From the NCBI GenBank assembly GCA_030704615.1, contig CM060733.1, forward strand, positions 4,774,001-4,838,000: a stretch of 64,000 nucleotides of DNA, in the 5' to 3' direction. Under the pieces are notes generated by a model, which was not told the origin of the DNA, did no database searches, and saw only the letters and a program-made list of their open reading frames with translations. Both the position numbers and the translations under genes were made by a program. Origin of the DNA: Takakia lepidozioides (lineage: Eukaryota; Plantae; Bryophyta). Below are positions 50,690 to 61,779 of the stretch, piece after piece (the first letter of the stretch is position 1; each line of letters begins with the position of its first letter).

Positions 50690-52215
50690 CTGAACGAAGC
50701 ACGAGCGATCGCGCGTGCTTCATTCAGTAAAAGTCGTCACCTACAGGAGCACTAACCAACAGTAGGTAATACCCAACTGGGTCGAAGAAATCATTCATCT
50801 GTAGGACAATAAACTCATTGTTTTCAATTTTAAGTATTATGCAATTATTGAACCTTGCACAATCGCGCTAATTTGACTTCATAGTTTACTGCATTAGATG
50901 AGAAATTGAAGATGTGATGCGAAAGAATGCCCTGAAGAAGCACGCGCGATCACGCGTGCTTCATTTGGTTGGTACTTGTATTCTATCGACCAACAACAAC
51001 ACCATTGATACCCAGATGATTAGATGATACATATGAGGATATGTCTGAGTGCATACTCAAAACTGTAAAGTGTTTCGGAAGACATTAGTTCACATTATAC
51101 AATGTCAACTAAAATCTTCCGTCGCACTTTATCTGTCTTGCCATGTACACAGAATATGATAATTCATGTATGTCGTGAAATGGTCACTCTTATGTATGAC
51201 GGGTGGAGGAGTTCAGTGTGGACACAATAGTACACAATAGTATCCAAATATCAATCCAAAAGTCCAGGGCAGTTTGAAATATTACTTGTCGTCAACATCG
51301 CTTGGGTTGTTCATCGATTATGTCGACCACTGTTTCTGATTAGACGGTGAAGATGTGATGTCCATGAATGGTAAAAAGAGCGCGCGCGATCGCGCGTGTT
51401 TCATTTAGTGCAAGTCGTCACGTACAGAAGCCCTATCGAACAGTGGCTAATACCAAACTGTACGTGGTCGAAGAAATCATTCATTAGTAGGACAATAAAC
51501 TCAGTGTTTTCAATTGAAAGGACTCCGTAGCAAACTGCATTTGTTGAGAAAATTGAAGATCTGATGCCCAAGAATGCCCTGAAGAAGCACGCGCGATCGC
51601 GCGTGCTTCATTTGGTTGGTACTTGTATTCTATCGACCACAACAACACCATTGATACCCAGATGATTAGATGACACATATGAGGATATGTCTGAGTGCAT
51701 ACTCAAAACTGTAAAGTGTTTCTGAAGACATTAGTTCCCATTTTACAATGTCAACTAAAATCTTCCGTCGCACTTTATCTGTCTTGCCATGCACACAGAG
51801 TATGATAATTCCTATATGTGGTGGCTTTGTCATTCTTATATATGATGGGCGGAGGTGTTCTGTATAGACACAATAGTATACTATAGTATCCAAATATCAA
51901 TCCAAAAGTCCAGGGCAGTTTGACATAATACTTGTCGTCAACATCGTTTAGGTTGTTCATCGATTAGTCGAGCACTCTTTCAAATTGGACAGTGAAGATG
52001 TGATGTCCAAGAATGGTATAAAGGTGCACGCGGAATCGCGCGTGCTTCATTCAGTGCAAGTCGTCACCTCCAGGAAAACTAACGAACAGTAGTTAATATC
52101 AAACTGTAAGTGGTCGAAGAAATCATTCATTAGTACGACAGTAAACTCATAGTTTGCAATTTTAAGGATTATGCAATTATTGAACCTTGCGCAATAGCGC
52201 GAATTTGACTTCTTC
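50690..52215. repeat. ~650 bp tandem repeat (~2.3 units), each unit with two CGCGCGATCGCGCG palindromes
   Basis: 50900-51545 aligns with 51546-52190; palindromes at 50700, 50941, 51381, 51588, 52027. Confidence 0.88.
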
Positions 52216-52978
52216 GTTTCAGTCTTATTCTAAATATAAATAAAAACGACTTCCAGTTAGATAATCCTCAATGTTCTCAATGTACTTTAATAGTCCTTCC
52301 GCTAGACTTCTCGCAGTGGGATGAAATTAGTTCATTTGTGTGGTGTCCTCAACTCAATAACGCGCGATCGCGCGTGGTTCTGATGTTGCTACCGCTCAGA
52401 AGAATTTTCTTGGGATAATAGATGTCAGGATACTCTTATATGACTGAAAGAACAAAGTCATGAATATATGGATTCTGTTTGCCACGCTTAGCAACATCGT
52501 TGTTGCTTATAATCGGATTTTATGTTATTGGAGGGAAAATTGTGGACCAAATACGCGTGATCGCGCGTTCTTCGAGTGTATCTTTTTGTACATTCTGTAT
52601 CTGAGCACGAGTTCTTGATGATTCTTCCAGTGTGGTGGATTCGTGTTCGATGAAGGAGGAGAAGGAGATGGAACATACCAGACACAAGACAACGCTTTCA
52701 CCCTCCTCACAAGGTGAATGCGGAGCTGCGGTTATTATGACGGGACCTTCCGAAGGAGTTCATGTTATATCATCTCCAGTATCTACAATTACATCCACAG
52801 AGGAGTCTGACACCTACTCCCTGAATCAAACGATCAGGACAGTTATTCACCAATAGGATATTTTTGCGACGTTCCTCCCGGGTCAGCAGCTTTAAGTTTT
52901 TTTCTAGAACAATACTGTGGAGGGTCTTCCGAAGATCCTGTAGCTGAAGTATCGGTGGAATCAAATGATTTCTGCGCT

Positions 52979-53263
52979 ATGTACCCTGCGTATATGCCAG
53001 ATACCCAAGCTTATACACCCGGATCCCCGGAGTATACTCCCATATCACCAGAGTACACTCCCTCAACCCCAGAGTACACTCCGGCATCCCCAAAGTATAC
53101 ACCCTCATCGCCAGGGTATACTCCGGGATCCCCAGAACACTCACCAATAGAATACTTTAGCCACCTAAGACCCGGGTCGGCTGCATTGGCCTCATTTTTG
53201 GCACAGTACACACCTACGTCAACTGTATGTTCCGACCATTCGGAATCATCAGAAATAGATTGA
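52979..53263 (+). CDS. Small protein with RNA Pol II CTD-like heptad repeats (YTPxSPE)
   Basis: YMPDTQA-YTPGSPE-YTPISPE-YTPSTPE-YTPASPK-YTPSSPG-YTPGSPE-HSP; codons vary synonymously between repeats. Confidence 0.65.
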   Translation: MYPAYMPDTQAYTPGSPEYTPISPEYTPSTPEYTPASPKYTPSSPGYTPGSPEHSPIEYFSHLRPGSAALASFLAQYTPTSTVCSDHSESSEID

Positions 53264-53775
53264 TTCTTCACGGGCTCTCAGGAGTGTACTTAAACCAGTT
53301 CAGAATTTCAACGTGGTTCCATCGAATACCCACAATAATCAGTAGGATCACCTTCTGGGGGTGTCCTGAATCACCATGATATAGTCCTTCATCTCAATTT
53401 TAGGCAGACATTTATGATTGTACATTAAACGTCAACGATGTCTCCGTTTTCATTCTTCACTGTTGAATAATAAATTATTCTTCACGATTTTTGAAACCAA
53501 TTTATGAACTTCAGCTTTTGAGATTTCCAGTTTAATTGTGACATTGATTTAGTCCATTCCATTTATTCCATATTGCAGTCACAGTTGAATGTCCCCCTAT
53601 TCCAGCTTAATTGTATGTTAATTTCTTTCAATTCCATATCTTCCCAGTGGGATTCCCATATGTATATTGGCCTGACATCCGTAACATTATGATTTGTCTC
53701 AATCTTCGGCCTTTACTCTCAATCCTGAAATAATGCCATGAGATATCTAATCCAGATAACATAATGTTGTGATCC

Positions 53776-56700
53776 ATGTTCAGTCGTCAATCAAACATAC
53801 CGGCGGATTGCCTGGTTGGTGTATGCAAGGAGATATGTAGGGAGTTCATCTCACCAAAATCGCCAAACTTCAGCATAGACCACGTAGCTTTGTATACTCT
53901 TAACCAGGCGATATCCGAGTGGGGAATAAATCCTGTGGGTGTACCTCCTGACCACCAACTGAAGTTTTCCTGCAAGATTGGAGCGGAGGTGAAGGAGCTT
54001 AATTATGGCTACGTTAAAGATGTTGAGATGGAGTCCGACGTGGAGAATCCAATGATGGTGGTTTTCATATTGGAGGATGGTAGAGCGAAGAAGACGTTTG
54101 GTTTTTCTCTGGAATCTCGTCGCGTTCGCAAGGCAATAATGAAACCAGCTATAAAGATGGGATTCACTTTCCCTGAAAGTGGTGCAGCCCTGACTGCTCA
54201 GGGATTTGTACGAGCTTGGAGCGTTTTCCAAGATGTACTCCATGCGCAGGGAAACATCAACAGAAAACAACGAGACGATGAGGCAGCGAAGGGGGCAAAG
54301 GGTAAAAGGAAACGGAAGTCCACGGCGGGATCCTCTCAGACTGACAATGAAGAGGAGCAGCCAGCCGGCAAAAAGAAAAAGAAAGAAGAGCTCGATATTG
54401 TATTTATGAATGACAACAAGAAGCCAAAGCCTGGCGAAATTTTTGACAAGAAGAAATGCAAGGCGATGAATCAAAGTCTGCAGAATGACTACAAAGACAT
54501 GTTCTCTTTTGGGTTCAACCACATAATATCAATTGACATCTCAAGGATGGAACTTGTTCCAAGAAGCATGGTGTATCGTCCGCTGAATATTAATCACAAA
54601 GATGAAGTCAAAGCCTGTCTGTACCAGTTGCGGGTTCTAGATACGAAACATCTCGTCTATCTGGCGCCGAGGAACAAACAGGTGCCAACCCAGGTGTCTG
54701 CGATGAAACCAAGGCATCAGAAGGATATTAACAATTCAAAATTCTTCGTCATTGGAGGCCAGCACACAATTATGGCTGCAAAGGTATAGTACATCAACGT
54801 TTACCTCGCGCGATCGTGCGTTCTTATATATTCTTCTCTGCTTCTATGATAATCATCTTTCGGATATTTCTTTGCGTTTCCTCATTATCCTTCTCGCGCG
54901 ATCGCGCGTGCTTCTACTAGATGATTATATCAGATGCATCGACGACTTGTTTCATAGAAATGCATAGCATGATAAGCAAGCACGCGTGATCGCGCGTGCT
55001 CCTTTATAGTTCAATTCCATGCCGATGTAACATTTTCCAAATCAGGAACTCGTGGAGGAGATTACTGACCGGGAGCAAAGGGACCACTACGCCGAATGGC
55101 CATCAATTATCCTCTTGTCAGATAGGAATAATCAATTGCTAAAGATTTCCAAGCTCCTGAACGACCCAAATAAAGCCCAAAAATTTGACACAACATTCCC
55201 GGAGAAAGTTGCTCACGCCAGGATGTACTATGAGTTGAGGGGGAAGCCCAGGAAATTCAACGATAACGTTTCCAAATCTGAAACCGTTCAGTGGAAGGTA
55301 ATTATTCGGACTTCCTTTATTGTTTAATGTTTTGTTGTTCATTCACTAGAACTGTGTGTCCCTGTTGTGTGTTGGCCTGACATGTTGTTCCTGTTGACCA
55401 GGAATTTTTGCAAGCCTAACAACTTATATTGGAGATGCTTAGCGTTAAGGAGGCCATGACCTTGGTCATTTGCGATGACGATGTTTGGGAGAAGTGGCAA
55501 AAGGTTTTCAGAGAGTGGGAGAAGGGGAACCTCTTGGACATTAACGGAAAGAAGCATAAGGGTGTACAATCGCAGCTAACAAAACCTGCAGTCTGCAAAC
55601 TCCAGGGATTGAACTGCCTTCAAATGAAGAAGGTTGCGGAAAAGATTTGGACTTGAAGATCTGCGTTCGTGGTCCTTACAAAGGAAAAGACCCCAAGATT
55701 CTATGCCTGTCCGATTACATCGATCGAATAAAGGACGGGCGGTTTATTATCGATGATGTTATGGTGGTATTGGGATATGATGCCAGGAGCAAGCAGCATC
55801 CAGAGCCGTACACAAAAGCAGAATGGCTCGAAGTGAAGAAAAGGTACAAGTTCAACAAGTCGGAGTTCAAGACATTCCGATTGAAACTGGGGGCCAAATA
55901 CATGAAAAGCAAAGTGAACATGAACATGAAGACCGAGAAAGTGAGTGACACTTTCATCAAATACTTGCTTTCATGCAAGAAAAGGGTTGAAGACATGGAG
56001 AAGGAAATGGGCAACCTCAAGGATACATTCAAGTCACATTACCAGTGCATTGGAGGGAAGCAAAGGTTCACGGATGCCAAAACACAGTTGAAAATTGTGA
56101 GAAAGAGGGATTTCGATAACATCGCAATGGTGTTCGTCAACACAGTCTGTGACGATGACTCGACTGTTTTCATGCAAAGAAATTACAAGAATATTTCGAT
56201 AACAGCAGCTGAGCCCCAATGTATTTGTTTTCTTCTCGACGCAGAGGTCCTTTTCCAATCTCGTCTCGTACATAAGGTTTGGCGAGGGGCGGGACAGGTA
56301 TATTCTGCTTCAGGGGTTGTATCTTCCTGGAGAGTTCGACAATCCTTACATGAGCCGGCCAAAGTCATTTTCAATGCCTCTCATGTGCCTTGATTACGTA
56401 TTTCCTGCTATAGCTGCCCAGATTGAGAACCACGAGGAGCACCTGCAGGGAGTGCTGATGTTCAGCCCCATTAAACCAGTGATTAAGGCTCCGGACACTG
56501 AGCTCACGGAACACGAGAAAGACTGTGCCGCTTATGAACACGAATTGCGGGCAGAGTCGAGCGACTACATTGCGTCCTTGTTCTGTGGTGAAGGGATGGC
56601 GGCTGTGAACGTTTTTGGAGGCGTAATGTTAACATCGGCTCTCCACGTAAGCATTTGATTTCCATTTCCATTCTATTTCTATTTCCATTTCCATTTCCGA

Positions 56701-57494
56701 AATAAATCTTTGGAACCTCGCGCGATCACGCGTTCATCCTGTTTACTCCATGGTTGGCATCTTTTGCAGGCTAGGAACGTCCATGTCCTCGATATAAATC
56801 ACAACCTGAAAAAAAAATTATGCGCGAATGAGGTTGCACTAACTACACACTCCTCCACACAGATAAAGAGGACGAAACCGAGGTTGGTGATGACACATTG
56901 GGAGGGCAGGAGACCCACAGGCACAATGGCGAAGGAAATGACGACGACGATGACGATGACGATGACGATGATGATGACAATGAAGACAACGGACAAAGAG
57001 TTCTGGAGATAGAGCAAAACCAGGAAGAAGGTGACGGAAACGAAACATTGGAGAAAAATGATGGACATGAGGGAGGTGAGGATGGCAAGGGCGACTATCA
57101 ACACGATGATGCTATCAACAATTTCTTGGAAGAGGAGACAGAAAAAATTGAGCAAGGCATAAATCCACCAGCTGAACAAGCAGGGAGGGTAGTACCAAAA
57201 GAAAGCCACCATCCACAGGCCCAGACAAATACCCGTGAAGGAGACAAACCCGAGACAATTGTGCTGTCTTCCTCCACTGAAGAAGTGGGGGGAGACAATG
57301 TAAAGGATAACGCTGATTCTAGAGACTTCTTCAATAAGAAGATTTCAGAATTAGACTCAGGGGTGGGATTCAGTCCTGTGGAGGGGGATATGCCATTACG
57401 GATGTCACCATATCAAAGATTAAGCCAACGAGTTACGTCGTTGATGGTCAGGCTTCTAGGGCATTGGTCGGCGATCAAAACTCTGTTGAAGTGA
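53776..57494 (+). pseudogene. Multi-exon gene: basic NLS-like region, ParB/Srx-like domain, degenerate amino-methyltransferase-like region, acidic tail
   Basis: Exons ~53776-54783, 55046-55297, 55402-56646, 56770-~57447. IDISRMEL..YRPLN..H..V.....FFVIGGQHTIMAAK (ParB/Srx-like); LFCGEGMAAVNVFGG..LHARNVHVLDI (SAM-binding-like); poly-D tract at ~56938-56985. Stops and frameshifts present. Confidence 0.55.
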
Positions 57495-57990
57495 GTATTG
57501 CATATTATGAGCTGTACTGACACTTGTAAAGCCCAATTTATAACAAACTTGATATAACATCAGAATCTTTTACCAATGGAACTATTAATCTATTGCACAT
57601 GAATCGAAATTTATACGGCAGTCCAATCATCCGCATTTTCTGTAGATCCGTGAGTCCAATACGAAGAAAGTGACACATACCAGAACAAACGACACACAAC
57701 AACATACAATGAAGAAACAATACGACTTCAGAGTGAGGATATCGTCGCCCAAGGTGGCAGCTTCAGAAACCGCGGGCGATCGCGCGAGGTTACTTATCGG
57801 AGGGGTCGACAAAAACATGCCGGATGGCAAAAAACCCATTGACGGTGGAATTGGCGGCGAAACCTCATCCGACTTGGAGCAAGTGCCGCCAATGCTCGTA
57901 TTTCATTCTCCGCCTTCTGTTTTCCTTTCTGCATTCCATTGCGAAACAATTCCAATGAATTAATAATTATTTCCTAATGGGCAGGATGAT

Positions 57991-58812
57991 ATGATCTATC
58001 CACCACACGACTATTCCCAAGCTGTCCAACCCGCGGATTTCTTTGCTCTTCCAATGGGTCCAAATGGATGTCAGCCCGGATATTATGTCCTGGTTCTGGA
58101 TGTCGGGTTCCTATATGAGGTCTACCTCCAGAATGGGCCAAAAACCCCTCCCGCAACTCAGCCTTGTATCTCTGCTGGAAGATTTAAGTTAGCAATGCGA
58201 CATGAGGTGGGAGACTTCCTCAAATGGGTCGTCAAGAAGTTTTGGGTCATCTTATGGAACACTGGCAAAGAAAAGACTGTCGTGGATTTCAAATCAGCCT
58301 TGTTCGGGAGGAACGCCCACAAGGTCATGCATTACAGTTCCGACCAATGTGTGGAACATAGACTTACTTTCAACACATATTGGCCTACGCTACCTAAGGC
58401 CCCAATCTACTTCAAACGACTTTACGATTTGTTCGTAGACCCCGACTCTAAAGCCTACAGGTCTAACACCCTGCTTATCGACGTCGTTGGGAACATGTAC
58501 AAGTCTTTCATCAATCCTCTGAGCCTGGTCATCTTCCTACCTAAATACGAAGCACTTGTAGATCCATACAAAGATGATTTTTTGATGGGTCATCTGAAGC
58601 CCCACCTGGAGAAGTTGAAGCATTCAAAAATGGACACTTGGGCCTTCAATGAGCAGAACCCTTTTGGAATACCTAAGGATATCTACTTTCAGGATGCTAG
58701 AGTGAAATTCATTAATCGCTAGGACTTTCCATGGCCTAAGAACAAGGAGGAATGGGATGCACATCAAAAGTACCTAGAGGCCCTGGAAGTGGAACATGGA
58801 ATATTAAAGTGA
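57991..58812 (+). CDS. FCP1/SCP (NIF)-like HAD phosphatase domain 1
   Basis: VLVLDVGFL, MRHEVGDFLKW..F.VILWNT, YFKRL, NTLLID..KSFINP. In-frame TAG at 58720, after which the frame stays open to 58812. Confidence 0.75.
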
Positions 58813-58918
58813 CTAGTTTTGAGAATGTATTGGGATTCTGAGGTCATTGAGGTCCTTATCTGTTCATGAGATTCTTCTTTTGTTGATTTACTTAATTGTC
58901 TTTATCACTCATTCACAG

Positions 58919-59637
58919 ATCCGACAGCCTAGATCTCCACCTTTGAGGGGACCTCGCTTGATAATTTTTGACGTTAATGGAGTGCTATGCAAAATAACGA
59001 AGCGCCAGAGCCCAGGACCTGCTCCATGTTTTTCGGAATCTGATTACAGCATTCCTGCTATTGTTGGGTATCGGCAAATCTTTAGACGGAAGATGTACCG
59101 GGAAGTTTGGCAAGAGTTACACAAGCACTTCGTTTTAGGTATCTGGAGCTGCATGGTGATTAAAAACAAACTGTCGTTCTGGATTTGCTCCTACGTGGTC
59201 TTCCACGACCAGCGTTCATCATGTCGCAGGAGGATTGTATCATTTGCCCAAGCAATCTGCACCCAAATTACCGAACGAGACAAGATCAACCTCCTGTGTT
59301 CTTGAAACCACTCCTTAAAGTATGGCAGAGTTCTGAAGGTTTTTACAATCAGAGTAACACTCTGTTGATTGATGATACGGCTTTGAAGTGTTTGCTGAAC
59401 CCTCCTGAATCTTGTCTTCTTCTCAAGTCTTTTGAGAACATCGATGTCGACGATTTCTTCTTTCTCAAACTTAGAGATTTCTTGCTTAGCTTCTTGAAAT
59501 TTGAGAACGTCTCAAGCTTCTTGAAAGCAACGAGAATAGGATTTCCACCTTTGAAAGTTAACGATCCACAGTTCAAGCCTCTTCTTGACTATATTGACAA
59601 TTCACAATATTGTGATTTCCGAGTAAATGATAAGTAA
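58919..59637 (+). pseudogene. FCP1/SCP (NIF)-like HAD phosphatase domain 2
   Basis: LIIFDVNGVL, FVLGIWSC, FIMSQEDC, FLKPLLKVW, NTLLIDDTALKCLLNP. One frameshift near 59165. Confidence 0.85.
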
Positions 59638-61056
59638 ATATTCGCGTCCTACTGTGGATACAGTTTACTATTTAAAATTGATCGTGAAGACCATGGAATT
59701 TCAGTATTTTTCTGATATTCTTTCGCTTTGCATAGAAATTGTTATATGGCCAAACCATATGTAATGGTCAATGGATTCGTTGCTGCTTTATGTCCGTCGA
59801 TTTCTTTTCGGAACCACGCGTGGTCACGCGTGGTTCCAACTCAACTTTGTTGACATATATTTCATTTGCAGGTATGCCCATATCAATATATTCTCCATGC
59901 CACAAATGCATCTCAAATTGGCGAAACAATATCGTCTGGTATTGTTGACGATGTAGAAATGATCAGGCCAGAAGCTTTCCAAGGACCTGACAACTTGTTG
60001 TCTACTCAGGCATCCATTGCTGTTATGGAGAGTGTTTTGAGGCTCAAAATGTCAAAAGGTGAATCCACAGTTAGCAGGGTCGATGATTTAACTGGGGTTG
60101 GCTGCGTAGTGGAGAACGACTCTTAATATCTTGGGGAATCCTCCTCGGAGCCGTCCTTCTCCCAACACTTTCCACCAGACGCCGTCACGGGGGATCTACA
60201 TGAGTCTACCGAACAATTGGTTGCAACTATCGCTCAACTGCCTCCTCATCATGTCGTAATTCCAAGCGGGTCACCGGATCACGAGGGCTGGACACCTCAG
60301 CTGCTGAGAAGTCACGTGATTTATTTCTATTTCATCCATGCGTTGTATTGTTACCGTGTTTATGTTCATCCTCTGATTTTCTCTCTTTACTCCAGGCCAG
60401 AAAAGCTGCAACGTATAACCTTCCTGTGAAGCGGCAACTTCTGTGGGGTTATATTCTAAGGTAATCCATTTTTTTCTGTTTGAATTCGGTTTAGGATGTG
60501 CAGAAAGAAAGAAACCGAATTCCATTGCCAACCGTCAGCGAGAAGGTTATTGAACTCACTCATTCGCCGACTGAGGTCAGCACACCGACAAGACCGGCAA
60601 ATATTTCTGCACATCCCCAACCCCCCAAAATTCCGGATGGTCCTGTGTCAAGGAAACGTCGTAGATCACAGCAGTCAGCGGCGGTCGTGTCCGACGATGA
60701 AAAAACAGCATCTGACGTTCTGTTATCCCTTCAACATTCACCTGCCTCCAGTGGTAACCCGCCTCAGAATCGGAGGGTAAATCTAGCAAAGGTAATAAGT
60801 ATCTCCTTCACTTGGTTCTCTGTCTTATTGGTTATGGGTTTTTAGTAATCATTACATATATTATTTACATTGTCGACACAACTTTCACAAAGTAACCTCG
60901 CGCGATCGCGTGTGGTTGAAGGAAACACAGAGACTCCCGATTGTGATTTTTTGTTTAAGTCTCAATTGGATGTCGTAATGCTGAAAATATTACCTTAGCA
61001 AAATATTCCATTTGAAAATCAGGGTATAGAAACAAGGTAAACCACAAAACGCAAGT

Positions 61057-61779
61057 ATGTCGTGGCAACACAAACACATGTTGCTGGTACTGAGTGTCAA
61101 TGGACTTCTTTGCTACAGGCCACCTCCTACCGGAGGTGAGTTGTTTAAACAGAGGTTTCACTTAAGGAAAGTAACAATTTGGGTGCTCACAAGACCATTT
61201 GTAGTTCCAAGACGTGGAGTGCTGGAGTTTCTTCGACTTGCATTGACTCATTTTCATGTAGTGATTTGGTCTTGCTCTGAGAGGGATACTGTATTCAAGA
61301 TGTTGGAGTGTTTCGTTCCTCCGAAAATTATGAAACAATTTCGTTTCATATGGTCTGCCGAGCATTGCACAGATACAGCTGGGCATATTAAGCCTGGGAT
61401 GAAATATCTTATTAAAGATATTAAGAGTATTCTCGTAAAATTTAGTGGGAAATAATTTGCTAGGCAGGGGCAAATTCTACTGGTCGACGATGACCCTTCC
61501 AAGGCACTCCGAAACCCAGTGAATATTGGAGTCTTCCCCATCACACTCAAGGAATCAAGCAATTTGGAGGATTTTGTTGACCTCACCAAAGCTTTGTGGC
61601 CTTTTCTCTCTGGCTTGATTGGAGCCCAGTCTGTTGTTGATTACGTCGGCAAGAACTCATGCAAATCTTCCTGCCCTCTGATAGGTCGAAATCACGTCTA
61701 CTGGTCCTGGTTTGGAAGGTTTATTGATGCTTCTGTTTGGCACCCCCCTAAAAAAGATCCCAATTATCTGGGTACGTAG
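61057..61779 (+). pseudogene. FCP1/SCP (NIF)-like HAD phosphatase domain 3 (lacks the nucleophile Asp)
   Basis: LLVLSVNGLL, RRGVLEFL..FHVVIWSCS, FIWSAEHC, IKDI, ILLVDDDPSKALRNP. In-frame TAA at 61453. Confidence 0.85.

Noticed and set aside
50591-52570. CRISPR-like array of palindromic repeats
   Set aside because: Eukaryotic context; spacers are hundreds of bp, irregular and themselves duplicated; no cas genes.
52979-53263. Genuine RNA Pol II largest subunit (NRPB1) gene
   Set aside because: Only ~6 non-consensus heptads and no polymerase domains nearby.
59870-60845. Separate gene between FCP1-like domains 2 and 3
   Set aside because: Splice-like signals and S/P-rich frames exist, but I could not build a consistent model; they may be exons of the neighbouring genes.
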